Assembly: GCF_006345805.1 (NCBI RefSeq)
Contig: NW_021834504.1
Span: forward strand, 1-48,686
Direction: 5' to 3'
Length of the DNA: 48,686 nucleotides
Source of the DNA: Octopus sinensis
Taxonomy: Eukaryota
Shown: positions 11,511 through 24,562 of the stretch, piece by piece
Numbering within the stretch: position 1 is the first letter of the stretch
Layout: every line of letters begins with the position of its first letter
Notes under the pieces: model-generated
What the model was told of the DNA's origin: nothing
Seen by the model: the letters and a program-made list of their open reading frames with translations, nothing else
Databases searched by the model: none
Position numbers and translations under genes: made by a program

Positions 11511-11550
<40 letters not shown>
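10626..11550. repeat. Tandem duplication of a ~475-bp unit bounded by (TG)n
   Basis: gtctatgaatgtttccc starts at 10626 and 11101; only about 2 substitutions seen outside the TG tracts. Confidence 0.92.
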
Positions 11551-11554
<4 letters not shown>

Positions 11555-12077
11555 GGCACGTGGCTTAGTGGTTAGGGTGTTCGGCATCTCCTCCAGCTGG
11601 TTTATTCAGTGCGCTTCTCGAACCCAATATTTATTACAAGCAGGAGATAACCCCTGCCACCCTAGCTTCAAGCCCACCAGACCACACCGTTTCTACCTGT
11701 ATTGGATCTCATCAGTGGTGGGAAATCGTTGCCAAACATGGGAGCAGTTTAACTTCGCTTGCAATATATTAGAAAATAATGTCATACAATTACTGATTAT
11801 GTAACTAGGAAACTAGCCCGTATATATGTGTATATATATATATATATTGTATTTAAGAATGGTCATTTTGCCAGTTTAGCCAATAAAAACGCACGCACAA
11901 TATATTACTATATATTACTAAATATTACAAGCACCCCCCCCCCACACGCAATAACTAAACATAGACACACATAGAGGTATACGCATGCGCAAATAAAGAC
12001 ACACAATAGGAATACAAAATACAAAAAAGCTGACCGTTAGTAAGGAGGGACACACAAATAAAAAAAAGAGCAAAGGA

Positions 12078-12117
12078 CCACTGATGAGGTCACAAGAGTG
12101 TGACGAAAGAACTCTGG
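12078..12117 (+). ncRNA. Minimal type I hammerhead ribozyme motif
   Basis: CCA CUGAUGA G GUCACA agag UGUGAC GAAA G AA C UC UGG: intact core, 6-bp stem II, 2-bp stem III, CUC triplet, 3-bp stem I. Confidence 0.65.
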
Positions 12118-13197
12118 CCGAAATAAGATTAAGATTAATGTAAAAAATAAATAACGCTGAAGCAAAGTAACACCAAATATATAATTCTTAAATACAACAA
12201 TATCTGTTTTAACACACGATTTCACATCAAAAATCTTGCAAAACAAATATTTATATATATAGTGTTAATAGTCTAGTTTCCAAAATTTTCCAAACTTTTT
12301 GGTTGATGCACTGCTACCGATTGATAATACTGGTTAATATTTTAATATTCGTGAGCTTATGTACTTTCAGTCGGTTGGTTTAACCTATTCTTCGTTTAAC
12401 CTGTTCTTACGCCTGAAAACTCAGTTGTCTCTAAAGAGACTGCGTGCTTTTCGGTAGAGGAGAAACGATAAGGAATCAGTTTCAGGAAAACAGAGAATAG
12501 AGAATAACCAATGATTTATTATGCACTCATTTATGTCCTTTTTTGGACGCAACAAGGTGGACAGAATATGGAGAGACGTGTGAAGCGAAGATGCTTGAGT
12601 AGCAAAGGTACTACACCACCCGGATTCGAGGAGAAGGTTCACGGATCCTAAAAGAAATTTCTCTAAAAGTCATACCTTACCATCTTAAGCAAAGGAATGA
12701 GACATTCAAGGCTATAGATTTCCTATGTCCAAGAAATTCGGCAAGTTGACGGCTCGAATTCTTGTTGAGCGTAGATCTGGTTATTAACAACAACAACAAC
12801 ACCAGAAACAGTAACCTCATCGCTCGACTATATACACACATAACAAGCCATTCACTTTATAGACGCGCATAAATGAGAGTATCTGCGTTGTATATATAAT
12901 TCGGAATATCTGCAAATCTAACCAAATATGTTATTTCTCTTCCACTTATCTTTCTTATCTGGCCATTGTTTATAGCTTCCATAGCTACCGGTGAAAGCTG
13001 ACTGTAAGAACAACATTAGAACGTTCTCTAAGGAAGTTTCGTTTCATAGAAGTTCTTTTTTTTTTTTCAATTTATCTTAGAATAAAATCTTTTTGATAAA
13101 AAAAACAAATGCGCTCGCGCGCGTTTGTGTACGTGCGTCGGAGTGTGTGCGTATGTAGCGTGTGTGTATTCATGGATATCTATACGTGTGTGTGTGT

Positions 13198-13279
<82 letters not shown>

Positions 13280-14599
13280 TATTTTCTTATCTCAAAGGTA
13301 TTTGAAACAACTTCCGTGTTTTGAAAATCTTACGTTATTCATCTACTATTTCCACCAATGATTTCTCTCTTATTCCTACGTTTTCAACCCCCGGTAAACA
13401 CTATTTTGCAAGGACACTACTCACATGCAATACAGTGCTTATTTAACGTGAATGTGTTTATTTACTTTGATATTAGATGAGTAGATAAGCCAGGTTGTAG
13501 CTAGTGTTTTTAATACGTTAATTTGATTGGTTGAAATTGTTTAGTATGACAGGAAAACTGTCCTTTTTTAACTTTCATTGCGTGTGTTAGAAATTAAAAT
13601 ATGTTATTGTGGAAAAAAGGAATCGCAAATTAATCCGAAAACCCAGTCTTCAGTGATATGATTGTGCTAACAATAATGAGTTCTAATTCAGACACAAATC
13701 ATAAATTTTGAGGATAGGGTTAAGTCGACATCATTGATACCAGTAATTGACTGGTACATTATCTTCATCCAGGATCTTTTCAATCTCAATCACAGATTTT
13801 TTTAGTTAATTTTTTTTAACTAAACAGTTTGAAACTTCGGATACTCGTTGAATGTGTCACGTAGAACAGGGTTTACTTTTAATGTTTTTGACAAAATTTT
13901 GTATTTTAGAAGTTATTTCGTGTTAAAGTTGTCGTATTTGGGTAATTTTAAGCCAATCAATGACGTGCATTCAGCTGAAGAAAGTTACTGCTGTTTGTGG
14001 CGGCGGTGGCGGCGGTGGCGGCGGTGGCGGCGGCGGCGGCGGCGAAGAAAGAGAAGCCGTAGAAAAGGAAAGAAGAAGAAGAAGAAGAAGACCAACAACA
14101 ACAAGAAACATATAAAAGAGCAGAAGGCAATGGTTTAAGGTATGCAGTGTGAATAAAGTAGAATGCAGAGTCTCTGGTGAGGTGCGTCAGGAAAAAATGT
14201 ATGCAGGAAAATTGTCAAGTTTGATTAATTTGTTATGCCATGGAGAAAAGAAGAATCTGGCTTCTAAAAATGTCTTTAATACTTTCGTTTTTTTTCTTTT
14301 CTGCTTTTGCTTTTTTTTTTATATATATTAGCTGAGTCTGCGAGATGTAGTGCCATTCACCTTGGCAGGACCTCCGAGGCCCATTGGAGTGATACTGTTA
14401 AATGTTATGTTTAAACCTGTGGTAGATCAACACCTGAATGAAAGGAAAGAGGAGCAGGATGAGGGAAGCTGCTCCAAACTCACCAACATCACAATATAAC
14501 GCTGATTAGGTTGGAGCAGTGTTGTTGTTGTTGTTCTTTATATCCAGGCCACTCCTATCGAACTGGCCCTCACTCCTTAATCGAAACAGTTTTGATTAT

Positions 14600-14930
14600 A
14601 CCCGACTTGTCTTTAACACATTGGCTCTCCGTCGTTTACGACGACGAGGGTTCCAGTTGATCCGATCAACGGAACAGCCTGCTCGTGAAATTAACATGCA
14701 AGTGGCTGAGCCCTCCACAGACACGCGTACCCTTAACGTAGTTCTCAGAGAAATTCAGCATAACGCAAAATGTGACGAGGCTGGCCCCTTTGTATTACAT
14801 GTAGAACTCATTTTTGCCAGCTGAGTGGACTAGAGCGATGTGAAATAAAATGTCTTGCCCAAGGACACAACGCGCTGCCGTGACTCGATCGTGACTCGAT
14901 TTTCCTAACCACTAAGCCATGTGCCTTCAC
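14600..14930 (-). mobile_element. tRNA/CORE-type SINE family D
   Basis: Minus head gtgaaggcacatggcttagtggttagg, then tgtgtccttgggcaagac; tail gttgatcggatcaactggaaccctcgtcgtcg. Same head at about 11531 (plus). Confidence 0.75.
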
Positions 14931-15814
14931 ACTAAAGTCTTTAATATTGGTACATAATCTAGTGTCTAGATGTATAAACACACGCTTGCGCACTGGTCAT
15001 TTTCTACGTGTTCCTGTTCCCAGAAAAAGATAGCGAAACCTCAAATTTTTCATATTTCTTCAATCTTATTTATGTGAGATTCCTCCGGCTCATCTTTCGG
15101 GGGCATTTTGAAGTCCCTCCCCCACTACCGTTTCTTTCTTTTTTAAATAGAAGTACATCATTTTCATCTTCATTCTTTCTTGAATATAAAGCTTTCGAGC
15201 AAGGAACCACCATCTTTGTAACGTAAATCATCCATTTCTCCTCCTTTCTTTCGCTTAGAATCAATCATTTTAACTCATAACGTTTGCAAAACATGGCACT
15301 CACCTCAGAACTTTATATCCTGGATCGTTTTGTGTTTTTATTGTATCAAGAGGACTTGGGTATCAAGAAGACACATCGCCAAAGGTTACTCCAGTGTTGA
15401 CTTACTTGTATAATATTGTGCTACGAAAAAACTGACCATCAACTGGACGTCAACGTCGTTAATAATGGTCTTTCTCACGGTGATTCTAGTTGTTTCGATT
15501 AAGGAGTGAGGTCTGTTCGATTGGAGTGACCTGGATATAAACAACAACAACAATAACAACACCAACAACAACAACAACAACATCAACAACAAAAGCATCA
15601 ACAACAACAACATCCGCAACAGCAATAACAACTTCAGCAACAAAGAGGTATTAGTCCGTGGGCAATGTGTGCCATACACTTAGGCTGTTTCTTCATCCAG
15701 TCTTCAGTTTGAGTATCATGTGTCTTCCTCCGCACTTGAACCTGTCACTAATTTACTGTATTACTTTATCAAATATATTACATCTTATTGTAGATGTGTA
15801 ACAGCTTTGTCAGT

Positions 15815-16172
15815 CTTTTATCTTTCCTGTTTCAATCCTTGAACTGCGGTCATGCTGGAGCATTGCCTTGACGGGTTTAGTCAAACAAATCGACCCCCAG
15901 TAATTATTTTTCTGAAGTCTGTTGCTTATTCTACCAGTCGCTTTTCGCTGAACGGCTAAACTGCAGGGACGTAAATAAACCAACTCCTGTAGCCAAACGA
16001 TGGTGGGGACAAGCACAAAGACACACACACACATAAGACGGGCTTCCACACAGTTTCTATTTAGCAAATTCGCTCACGAGGCATTAGCCACTCCGGGGCT
16101 ATAGTAGAAGACACTTGTGCAAGGTGCCACACCGTGGAACCGAACTCTAAACTACGTGGCTGCAAAGTAAGC
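15815..16172 (-). mobile_element. SINE family B, diverged
   Basis: Tail and head both align by eye to the 43007-43410 copy. Confidence 0.75.
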
Positions 16173-16712
16173 TAGAACTTTATATAATTTTCACTCCAGT
16201 CCTTTTCCAGTTTTAAAAATATCCATTCTTCACTCTCAGACTTTATATTTTATTTCCTTATCCATAATGTATCCACACCCAACCCATTCTCTCATCTCAC
16301 TAAAAACTTCCCAAACATTTAAATTTCCTGCCAAAATCTCTTCTGTCTCCACCCGAATTATCCCGCTATCATACTTTCTTCTCTACCCTTCGTTATTTTA
16401 GTTTTTCTTATCTCTACCACCAGCAGTTCTACATTATTATTCTTCACGTACCAACTACACTATTGTGATCACCCTGTATATATTTTTCATGTGCGAATTT
16501 TCCTCTTCCCTCTTTTTTTTTTTTTGTTGTCTGTTTTTGTTTTGTTTTATCTTGTATTCTTTAGTGGAATCTATTAAAACCACGTTTACAATGCAATGCT
16601 CCATATTTAGTATTGTTTCTCGAATGTTCCAATCTAAGCAAATCCCTTATTTGTTCCATTTTAGAGTTCCTGTTACCCATATATTAATACGTCTCATTAT
16701 ATTATGCAAAAG

Positions 16713-16920
16713 AAGGCGGCAAGATGGCAGATACGTTAGTACGATGGGCAAAATGTTTAGCGGCATTTCGCCGTCATTACTTTCTGAGCTCAAATTCCGA
16801 GGCCGCCTTTTCATCTTTTCGTGGTCGGTAAAATAAGTACCAGTTGAATACTGGGGTCGATGTAATCAACTCATCCTTTCCCTCAAAATTGCTGCCCTTG
16901 TGGCAAAATTTGAAAGCATT
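16713..16920 (+). mobile_element. SINE family A variant
   Basis: ggcggcaagatggcagatacgttag...taagtaccagttgaatactggggtcgatgtaatc. Confidence 0.75.
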
Positions 16921-17144
16921 ATATTTTTATTTAAAATATACATCATGGACTTTAAATTAACACCTGAAACTACTTTGACTTAACCCTTTCCAAAATATCC
17001 CTTCATCTGAAGTCCTTTATCTAATCTAGTTATGTCATACCTCAGTATATGTAACCTGTATCTATCTCGTAATTTTTTTATCTGGTTATTATCATTTCCA
17101 TTATGTTATTTTCTTTTTCTTTCATTTCATTATTAAAACTTCTC

Positions 17145-17350
17145 AAGCTGGCAGAATCGTTAGGATGCTAGACAAAGTAATTCGAGACGTTTCTACTAGC
17201 TTCACGTTCTGAGTTCAAATTCTGCCGAGGTCGATTTTGCTCTTCATCCTTTCGAGGTCGATAAAATAAGTACCAGTCAAGTACCTGGGTCGATGTAATG
17301 GACTAACCCCTTTCCCACAAATTCCAGGCCTTTCTACTATAAGTAGAAAG
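17145..17350 (+). mobile_element. SINE family A variant
   Basis: agctggcagaatcgttagg...gagttcaaattctgccgaggtcga...aagtaccag. Confidence 0.75.
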
Positions 17351-18314
17351 AATTCTTAAAAACTTCTCATGCTTTCATCCAAATCCAAGCAAATATCTTC
17401 ACGAAATCTCTGGACTCTATGTGATCAGTAAAGTTTTAAGTCTTCATGCATTTCAAACAGTTTAAAGCCAGCAAGAAAGACAAAATGGTTTACTTCATGA
17501 TGGCAGTTTTTAAAACTTATGACATCCTTTGTCATATTTAGTCGCAGTTATACAAGGCACAAAAAGCAAAGGGAACAAGTTTATTTTCGTGAAAAATTCT
17601 TTTGATATAAATACTTTCTATTCTTATTGCAGAATAACTCAATTTATTTTTTCACTGCAGATGGAACTATATCGACAAATTTGTGCAACAAGATTCATGG
17701 AGATTAAGTTACCAGTGAATTTTCAGTCGGAAGCTCTTTCCTTGCGACTTCCAATGAATGATATAAGCAACTCTTATCGATACGTGGAAGGAAATTTCCT
17801 ACTTCGGTTGACAGAAAGCCTATGACGCAATATAATTTGTATTCTAAACTGAAGACGGAACGTAGAAACAAACAAGGTGTGTGGACCACGAGACTATAGA
17901 CTGATATCATTATATTAGTGATGAAGAAACACACCAAGGATTACTGTAAAGGACGTCATTGTTAATGACGATAACGTCTAGCTGGTGGTCATTTTCGTAG
18001 CACAACATGGGCATATAGTCGGCACTGACGTGGTTTGTGGTGATATGCAACCGGTTGGGATCTCTGTGAATATACAAATCCTCACAAGAACACGAAACTA
18101 TCCAGAGATAGTATCCTGGGGAGTGTGCTATTTTTTGTAAACGTTTATAAGTTAAAAGGGCTGATGCTACACGAAAGGAAAAGAAGGAACTGATGATTAA
18201 TGTCTCACTGTTGGTGCTTCCTTGCTCGAAACCTTAATGCAGGAAAGGGCAATGATATTTCGAATAGGGTAGAGACTCCCATTTGCCCTTAAAACAGGAA
18301 ATGGAGAAATCTCT

Positions 18315-18315
<1 letters not shown>

Positions 18316-18370
<55 letters not shown>

Positions 18371-18395
18371 GGTGGTGGTGGTGGTGGTGGTGGTG

Positions 18396-18436
<41 letters not shown>

Positions 18437-18492
18437 GGTGGTGGTGGTGGTGGTGGTGGTGGTGTGGTGGTAGTAGTAGTAGTAGTAGTAGT

Positions 18493-18543
<51 letters not shown>

Positions 18544-18587
18544 TAGTAGTGGTGGTGGTGGTGGTGGTGGTGGTGGTGGTGGTGGTG

Positions 18588-18628
<41 letters not shown>

Positions 18629-18655
18629 GGTGGTGGTGGTGGTGGTGGTGGTGTG

Positions 18656-18700
<45 letters not shown>

Positions 18701-18712
18701 ATGGTGGTGATG

Positions 18713-18744
<32 letters not shown>

Positions 18745-18765
18745 GGTAGTGGTGGTGGTAAAAAT
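18316..18765. repeat. Compound (TAG)n/(TGG)n microsatellite
   Basis: Alternating blocks; source of the poly-H/Y/T/L ORFs. Confidence 0.95.
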
Positions 18766-19139
18766 ATTACTACTACTGCTACCACAACTGCTAGAACACC
18801 CGTCAATAATGACGGCGAGTGTTTTACTAAACTGTGTGATAATTACATTTTAACTTGTATGAATGAATATTCGAAATTAAAACTTGGAGCTATTATTGAA
18901 AAATGTACATGATGAGAGTTGATGTGAAAAAGAAGAAAATTAATTTTGATCACCAGAACTTATCATTATTATTATTATTGTTGTTGTTTTTTTCCTTCTT
19001 TCTTCAAAGTTTCTTCCGTTTCTCGCCGAATGTCTTCCATACACCTAGGGCAGAGAAGCTCATTGTATGCATTCCCAGATTACACACGTAAATTCATAGG
19101 TAAAATATGTATTTAAAAAATAAATAAATTCACGAATGG

Positions 19140-19420
19140 ATCTTGTTTTCACAGCGATAATGATCTTCTCAGTACATGAGCCGTTCCAGTTAACGAGATT
19201 TTTTGCACTTCCTGTAGGGATGGTAAGTCTGGTATCATTTTCAAATATGTTTCAGTAACTTTTTTAATCATTCCTAGAGATCCTGCAATCACTGGTACTG
19301 TAGTCGCCTTGAGATGCCACATTTTTTCAATTTCTATTAACAAGTCTTTATATTTACTGATCTTGTCAAATACCTTCGCCGCTATATTTTGATCGCACTT
19401 CAATTAATAAACACACATTT
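19140..19420 (-). pseudogene. Diverged R4/Dong-type RLE C-terminal fragment
   Basis: KISKYKDLLIEIEKMWHLKATTVPVIAGSLGMIKK...GTAHVLRRSLSL; followed by (TAA)n at 19437. Confidence 0.85.
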
Positions 19421-19434
19421 TTTGTCTGATCTTT

Positions 19435-19471
<37 letters not shown>

Positions 19472-19476
19472 TCCGG

Positions 19477-20135
<659 letters not shown>

Positions 20136-20382
20136 CATCATTATCATCATCATCATCACCACCACCACCACCACCACCATCACTACTACTACTACTACTA
20201 CTACTACTAGTACCACTGCTAAGGCAGCGAGCTGACAGAAACGTTAGCACGTCTGGCGAAATGCTTAGCGGTATTTTGTCTGTCGCAACGTTGTGCGACA
20301 GACATATATATATTTGTAAGTCCTGAATATTTTTCTGAATATTTTTTATCATACCTAATGTGCCTAATATTATTATTATTAT

Positions 20383-23088
20383 TCAGTAGTTTTATTTTTA
20401 TAGCGTGCTTTCACTTCACTACCGAGCGCAGCTCTGTGTGCCTTGGGTATGTGCTGTGATTTGTTGTGATGCTCTGATGGTTATTGTATGGAAAGTGCTC
20501 TGCGTAGGATGTGTGCAGTGCCTAGTAGAGCAATTTTCTGTATGTTATATGTGTTTGTAAGTCCTGGTGTTTTTGTTATGTATTTGTCTGAATATTTTTT
20601 TATCATGCCTAATGCACCTACTATGATAGGAATTGTTTCTGTTTTCAGATTCCACATTCTGGTTACCTCTATTTCCAGGTCTTTGTATTTTGAAAGTTTC
20701 TCCATTTCTTTTAGAGACACGTTGTCATCTGCCGGTATTGATACATCAATTAGAAAGCATTTTTTTTTTCTTCATGATCTCTGACAACTATATCTGGTCT
20801 GTTGGCCTTAATTTCTCTATCTGTGTGTATCGGAATATCCCAGAGTATGGTTGCTTTCTCGTTTTCTGTGACCTTTTCTGGTGTGTGCCTATACCATCTT
20901 TTTTCTCTTGTTATTCCATAATGTTGGCATAGCTTCCAGTGTATGTAGGTTCCAACTCTGTCATGTCTGTGAATATATTCCTTCTTAGCCAGGACTGGGC
21001 AGCCAGAGATAATATGATTTATTGTTTCTTGTCCATCTCCACATATTCTGCAGTTACTTGTTATATTTCTTTTCATTACATGTTTTTGGTAATTTCTGGT
21101 GGGGAGGATTTGGTCTTGTGCTGCAATTAAAAATCCCTCTGTCTCTGCTTTGAGTTCTGAGCTTCTCAACCATTGCTAGGATTTTTCTTTGTCTATTTCT
21201 TTTGCGTTTAGTTTAGTCCAGTATTTACCATGAAGGGGCTTTTCCTGCCATCGTTTTATCATGGTTCGTTGCTGTTCTATTTTTAGTTTGGATTTCATTT
21301 GTTTTATAGCTTTTGTTGTTTCTTCATCTTCTTCTTCTTTTTCATATTTATTAGGTGGTATGATTTCTTGTTTGTATTTGTCAGCTTCCTTAAATACTGA
21401 GAACAGTTTTTTGTTTTGCTCGTGTTTTGCCGCTATTTGTATCAGTTTTCCTTCCTTCTGAAGTAGATATTTTTGCAGTCCTATGGTGGTTATTTTATAG
21501 TAGTATTCCAGCTGTATAAGGCCTCTACCACCTTCTATACGTTGTATATATAGTCTTTCTATGTCAGATTTTGGGTGATGCATCCTAGATCCTGTCATTA
21601 TTTTTCTTGTTTTCCTATCTATTTTGGTCAGTTCATTTAGTGTCCAGTCAAGGATATTGTAGCTGTAACTTATAACTGAGACAGCTAAAGTGTTAATACC
21701 TGTTATCTCGTTTTTAGCATTGAGCTCTGTTTTTAGTATTGATCTAACTTGTCTATAATATTCTTTTTTTATTTTCTCTTTCATTTGTGTGTGTTGTGTC
21801 TTATCTAGTTCATGGATTCCTAAGTATTTGTAAGTTTGGCTTTGGTCTAATTCTTTTATTTCATTGGTTTTATCTAGTTTGATGTTGCTGCTCTTAACTA
21901 GTTTTCCTCTTTTCATGGTTACTTTGGCGCATTTTTCTAATCCAAATTTCATATCTATTTCTTTGGTAAATCCAAGAACTGTCTTTAATAGTGTTTCCAG
22001 CTGTTTGTCATTTGCAGCGTATAGTTTTAGGTCATCCATATATAAAAGGTGGCTGATCGTTTTGCCGTAACATTTATATCCGCATCCAGTTCTATTTAGC
22101 ATATCAGATAGAGGTGACAGTGCCAAGCAGAAAAGGAGTGGAGAGAGCGTGTCTCCCTGGAATATTCCTCTTCTAATGGGGATGGCTTTGGTTTTCATGA
22201 GTCCCTCTTTTGTTTGGAGGTGTAGGACTGTCTGCCATTTATTCATAGAATGTCCTATGTATTTTATAATGGTTGGTGCTACTTTGTTAATGGCTAGTGT
22301 TTCGAGGATCCATGTGTGGGGGATGCTATCAAACGCCTTTTTGTAGTCGATCCAGGCCATACTGAGGCCTTTCTTCTTTCTGTGGCTGTCTTCAGTTATG
22401 GCTTTATTAATCATTAGTTGATCTTTACAGCCATATGAGCCTTTGAGGCATCCTTTCTGCTCTTCTGGAAACAGGTTGTTTTCGTCCAGGTGCTTGTTCA
22501 ACCTTTGCGATATCACTGCAGTAAATGCCTTGTACATTGTAGGGAGACAGGTTATTGGTCTGTAATTTTCTGGTTTTGCTGTCTCATTTGATTTGGGAAT
22601 TAAGATGGTTTTCCCCTTCGTGAGCCATTCAGGCATTGTCTCTGGTTCTGCTAGTATGTTGTTAAAGTTTTCAGCCAGCTTTTTGTGCATTCCTGTTAGA
22701 TATTTCAACCAGAAGTTGGGGATCTTGTCATGCCCAGGTGCTTTCCAGTTGCTTAGTCTTTGCAGTGCCTGGGTGACCTCTTCAGTTGTTATGAGGGTCC
22801 AAAGTTGCTCAGATGCTGAGTTTGTTGTTTTAATACTCCTTTTTTTTGGTTGTTCGTTCGCCGACCATATTTCTCTCCAGAATTCTTCCACTTCTTCTGC
22901 CGTTGGTGCTGCAGTGATTTCTATTTTATTTTTTCCAAGTTCTTGGTAGAACTTTTTGAGGTTGGAGTTGAACTTTTTGTTTTGTTCAAAGAAGCGCTGG
23001 CGTTTCTCGTACCGGCGGATCCTTTGTGCTTTGGCAAGGATATCTTGCTTCAGCTTTTCTTTTATCTCAGGTAAATCTTTTTCTGTGA
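20383..23088 (-). mobile_element. R4/Dong-type non-LTR retrotransposon (RT, CCHC, restriction-like endonuclease), 5'-truncated
   Basis: RT motifs YRPITCL, GIFQGDTLSPLLF and YMDD (22031-22042); CCHC CRICG...ETINHIISGC; RLE RPDIV...IDVSIP...EKLSKY. One in-frame TAG at 21176-21178 and a poly-A frameshift near 20760; flanked by (TTA)n. Confidence 0.95.
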
Positions 23089-23141
<53 letters not shown>

Positions 23142-24242
23142 TATTATTATTATTATCATCATCATCATTTTGAAATAAGTGCCATGGAAAGACAGAGATG
23201 GTAGTGTGTCAGACAAAATATAAAGCAGTTTTTCATTTCGATCCTCTGTATTCAAGTTTCAAGCTTAAATATAGTGAGTTATCTACCGTTCATCCTTGAA
23301 ACTTAAATAAATATAACACAGTCAAGTATTGCCTGTGTTCATTCAGTTATATTCTCCCACAAAACAGTTATAGGTTTGTTCCAGTTTAAAAATAAACCTT
23401 TTGCCATCACTTATATTGTTTTAGTTAGGCTCAGAGCGACCAAACACAAAGTTGATTTAGTGCAGCACTCTAGAATTTTCTTTAAATGTTCGAAGTTTTG
23501 GTTTTGCTAGAATAGTTAAACCCAGCAGTGTATAATGGCTAAGTCCAGAAGTATATCAGAGCCATTAATAGCAATTCTTACGCCTAAAATCCAAAGATAA
23601 TTAAACCAGACTAAATATAGCGAAAATTGAAAAAAATTACGTTCTGGAATTTACATGGAGTTATGCTGGGTTAGTTTAGAGTTTGGAAGTTTTTCAGCAA
23701 TGACAAAATAAAAAAAAGAAAACCCCTTTAATGACTAACCAATATTATCTTATCTGTTGGAACCAAAACCTGTAAAAATGTTGGGGATTTTTCTTTGATG
23801 GCTAAGAACATTTTGCCATTATTCTCTGCATAACCGAAAATATTCTCGTTAACCTGGCATACTTTTAGATTTCAAGTCCGATCCGCCCACTAGAATATTA
23901 CAGGGCCTATTGCTTTTGACTAAATAAATAATTAACCACAGGTTTCCTTAGTCCTGCTGATTCCTACAACTTAATTATGCCAAGCCTTTCTCCTAAACAA
24001 CCTAATCTCCCCCACACCACCTCCCTCCATCCCATGAGGTGTTCAACTAAATAAAGTTCCAGCACTCGAAATTCTGTTAGCTTGTCAAGAACGAGTTAGC
24101 AAATGTTTCTAAGTTCACGCCCCGACCGCGGGAGATTGTGTGATGATAGTCGAAGTGGTGTTTGCCGATGTAAAAGTAATGGTGATAGGAGTGCTGCTGG
24201 TTGTGTGTGTGATAAAGGTGGCGCTTGTATTGGAGTTGATAG

Positions 24243-24288
<46 letters not shown>

Positions 24289-24356
24289 GGTGGTGGTGGC
24301 TATATATTAGAGGGCGATGCTAGTAGTCACATTATTGTTGTTCATTGTGTTGCTCT

Positions 24357-24387
<31 letters not shown>

Positions 24388-24450
24388 ACTGGTTGTAATG
24401 GCGGTATATATATATATGAATGCATGTATTTATATGTATGTATGCATGTA

Positions 24451-24488
<38 letters not shown>

Positions 24489-24523
24489 AAAATATATATA
24501 TGTGTATATATATATATATATAT

Positions 24524-24554
<31 letters not shown>

Positions 24555-24562
24555 GTGTATAT

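Noticed and set aside
17661-17877. Possible host exon (polypyrimidine-cag acceptor, aag/gtgtgt donor; alternative minus-strand exon of about 17720-17846)
   Set aside because: All three plus frames stop before the donor; the minus-strand peptide matches nothing I recognise. Needs RNA-seq.
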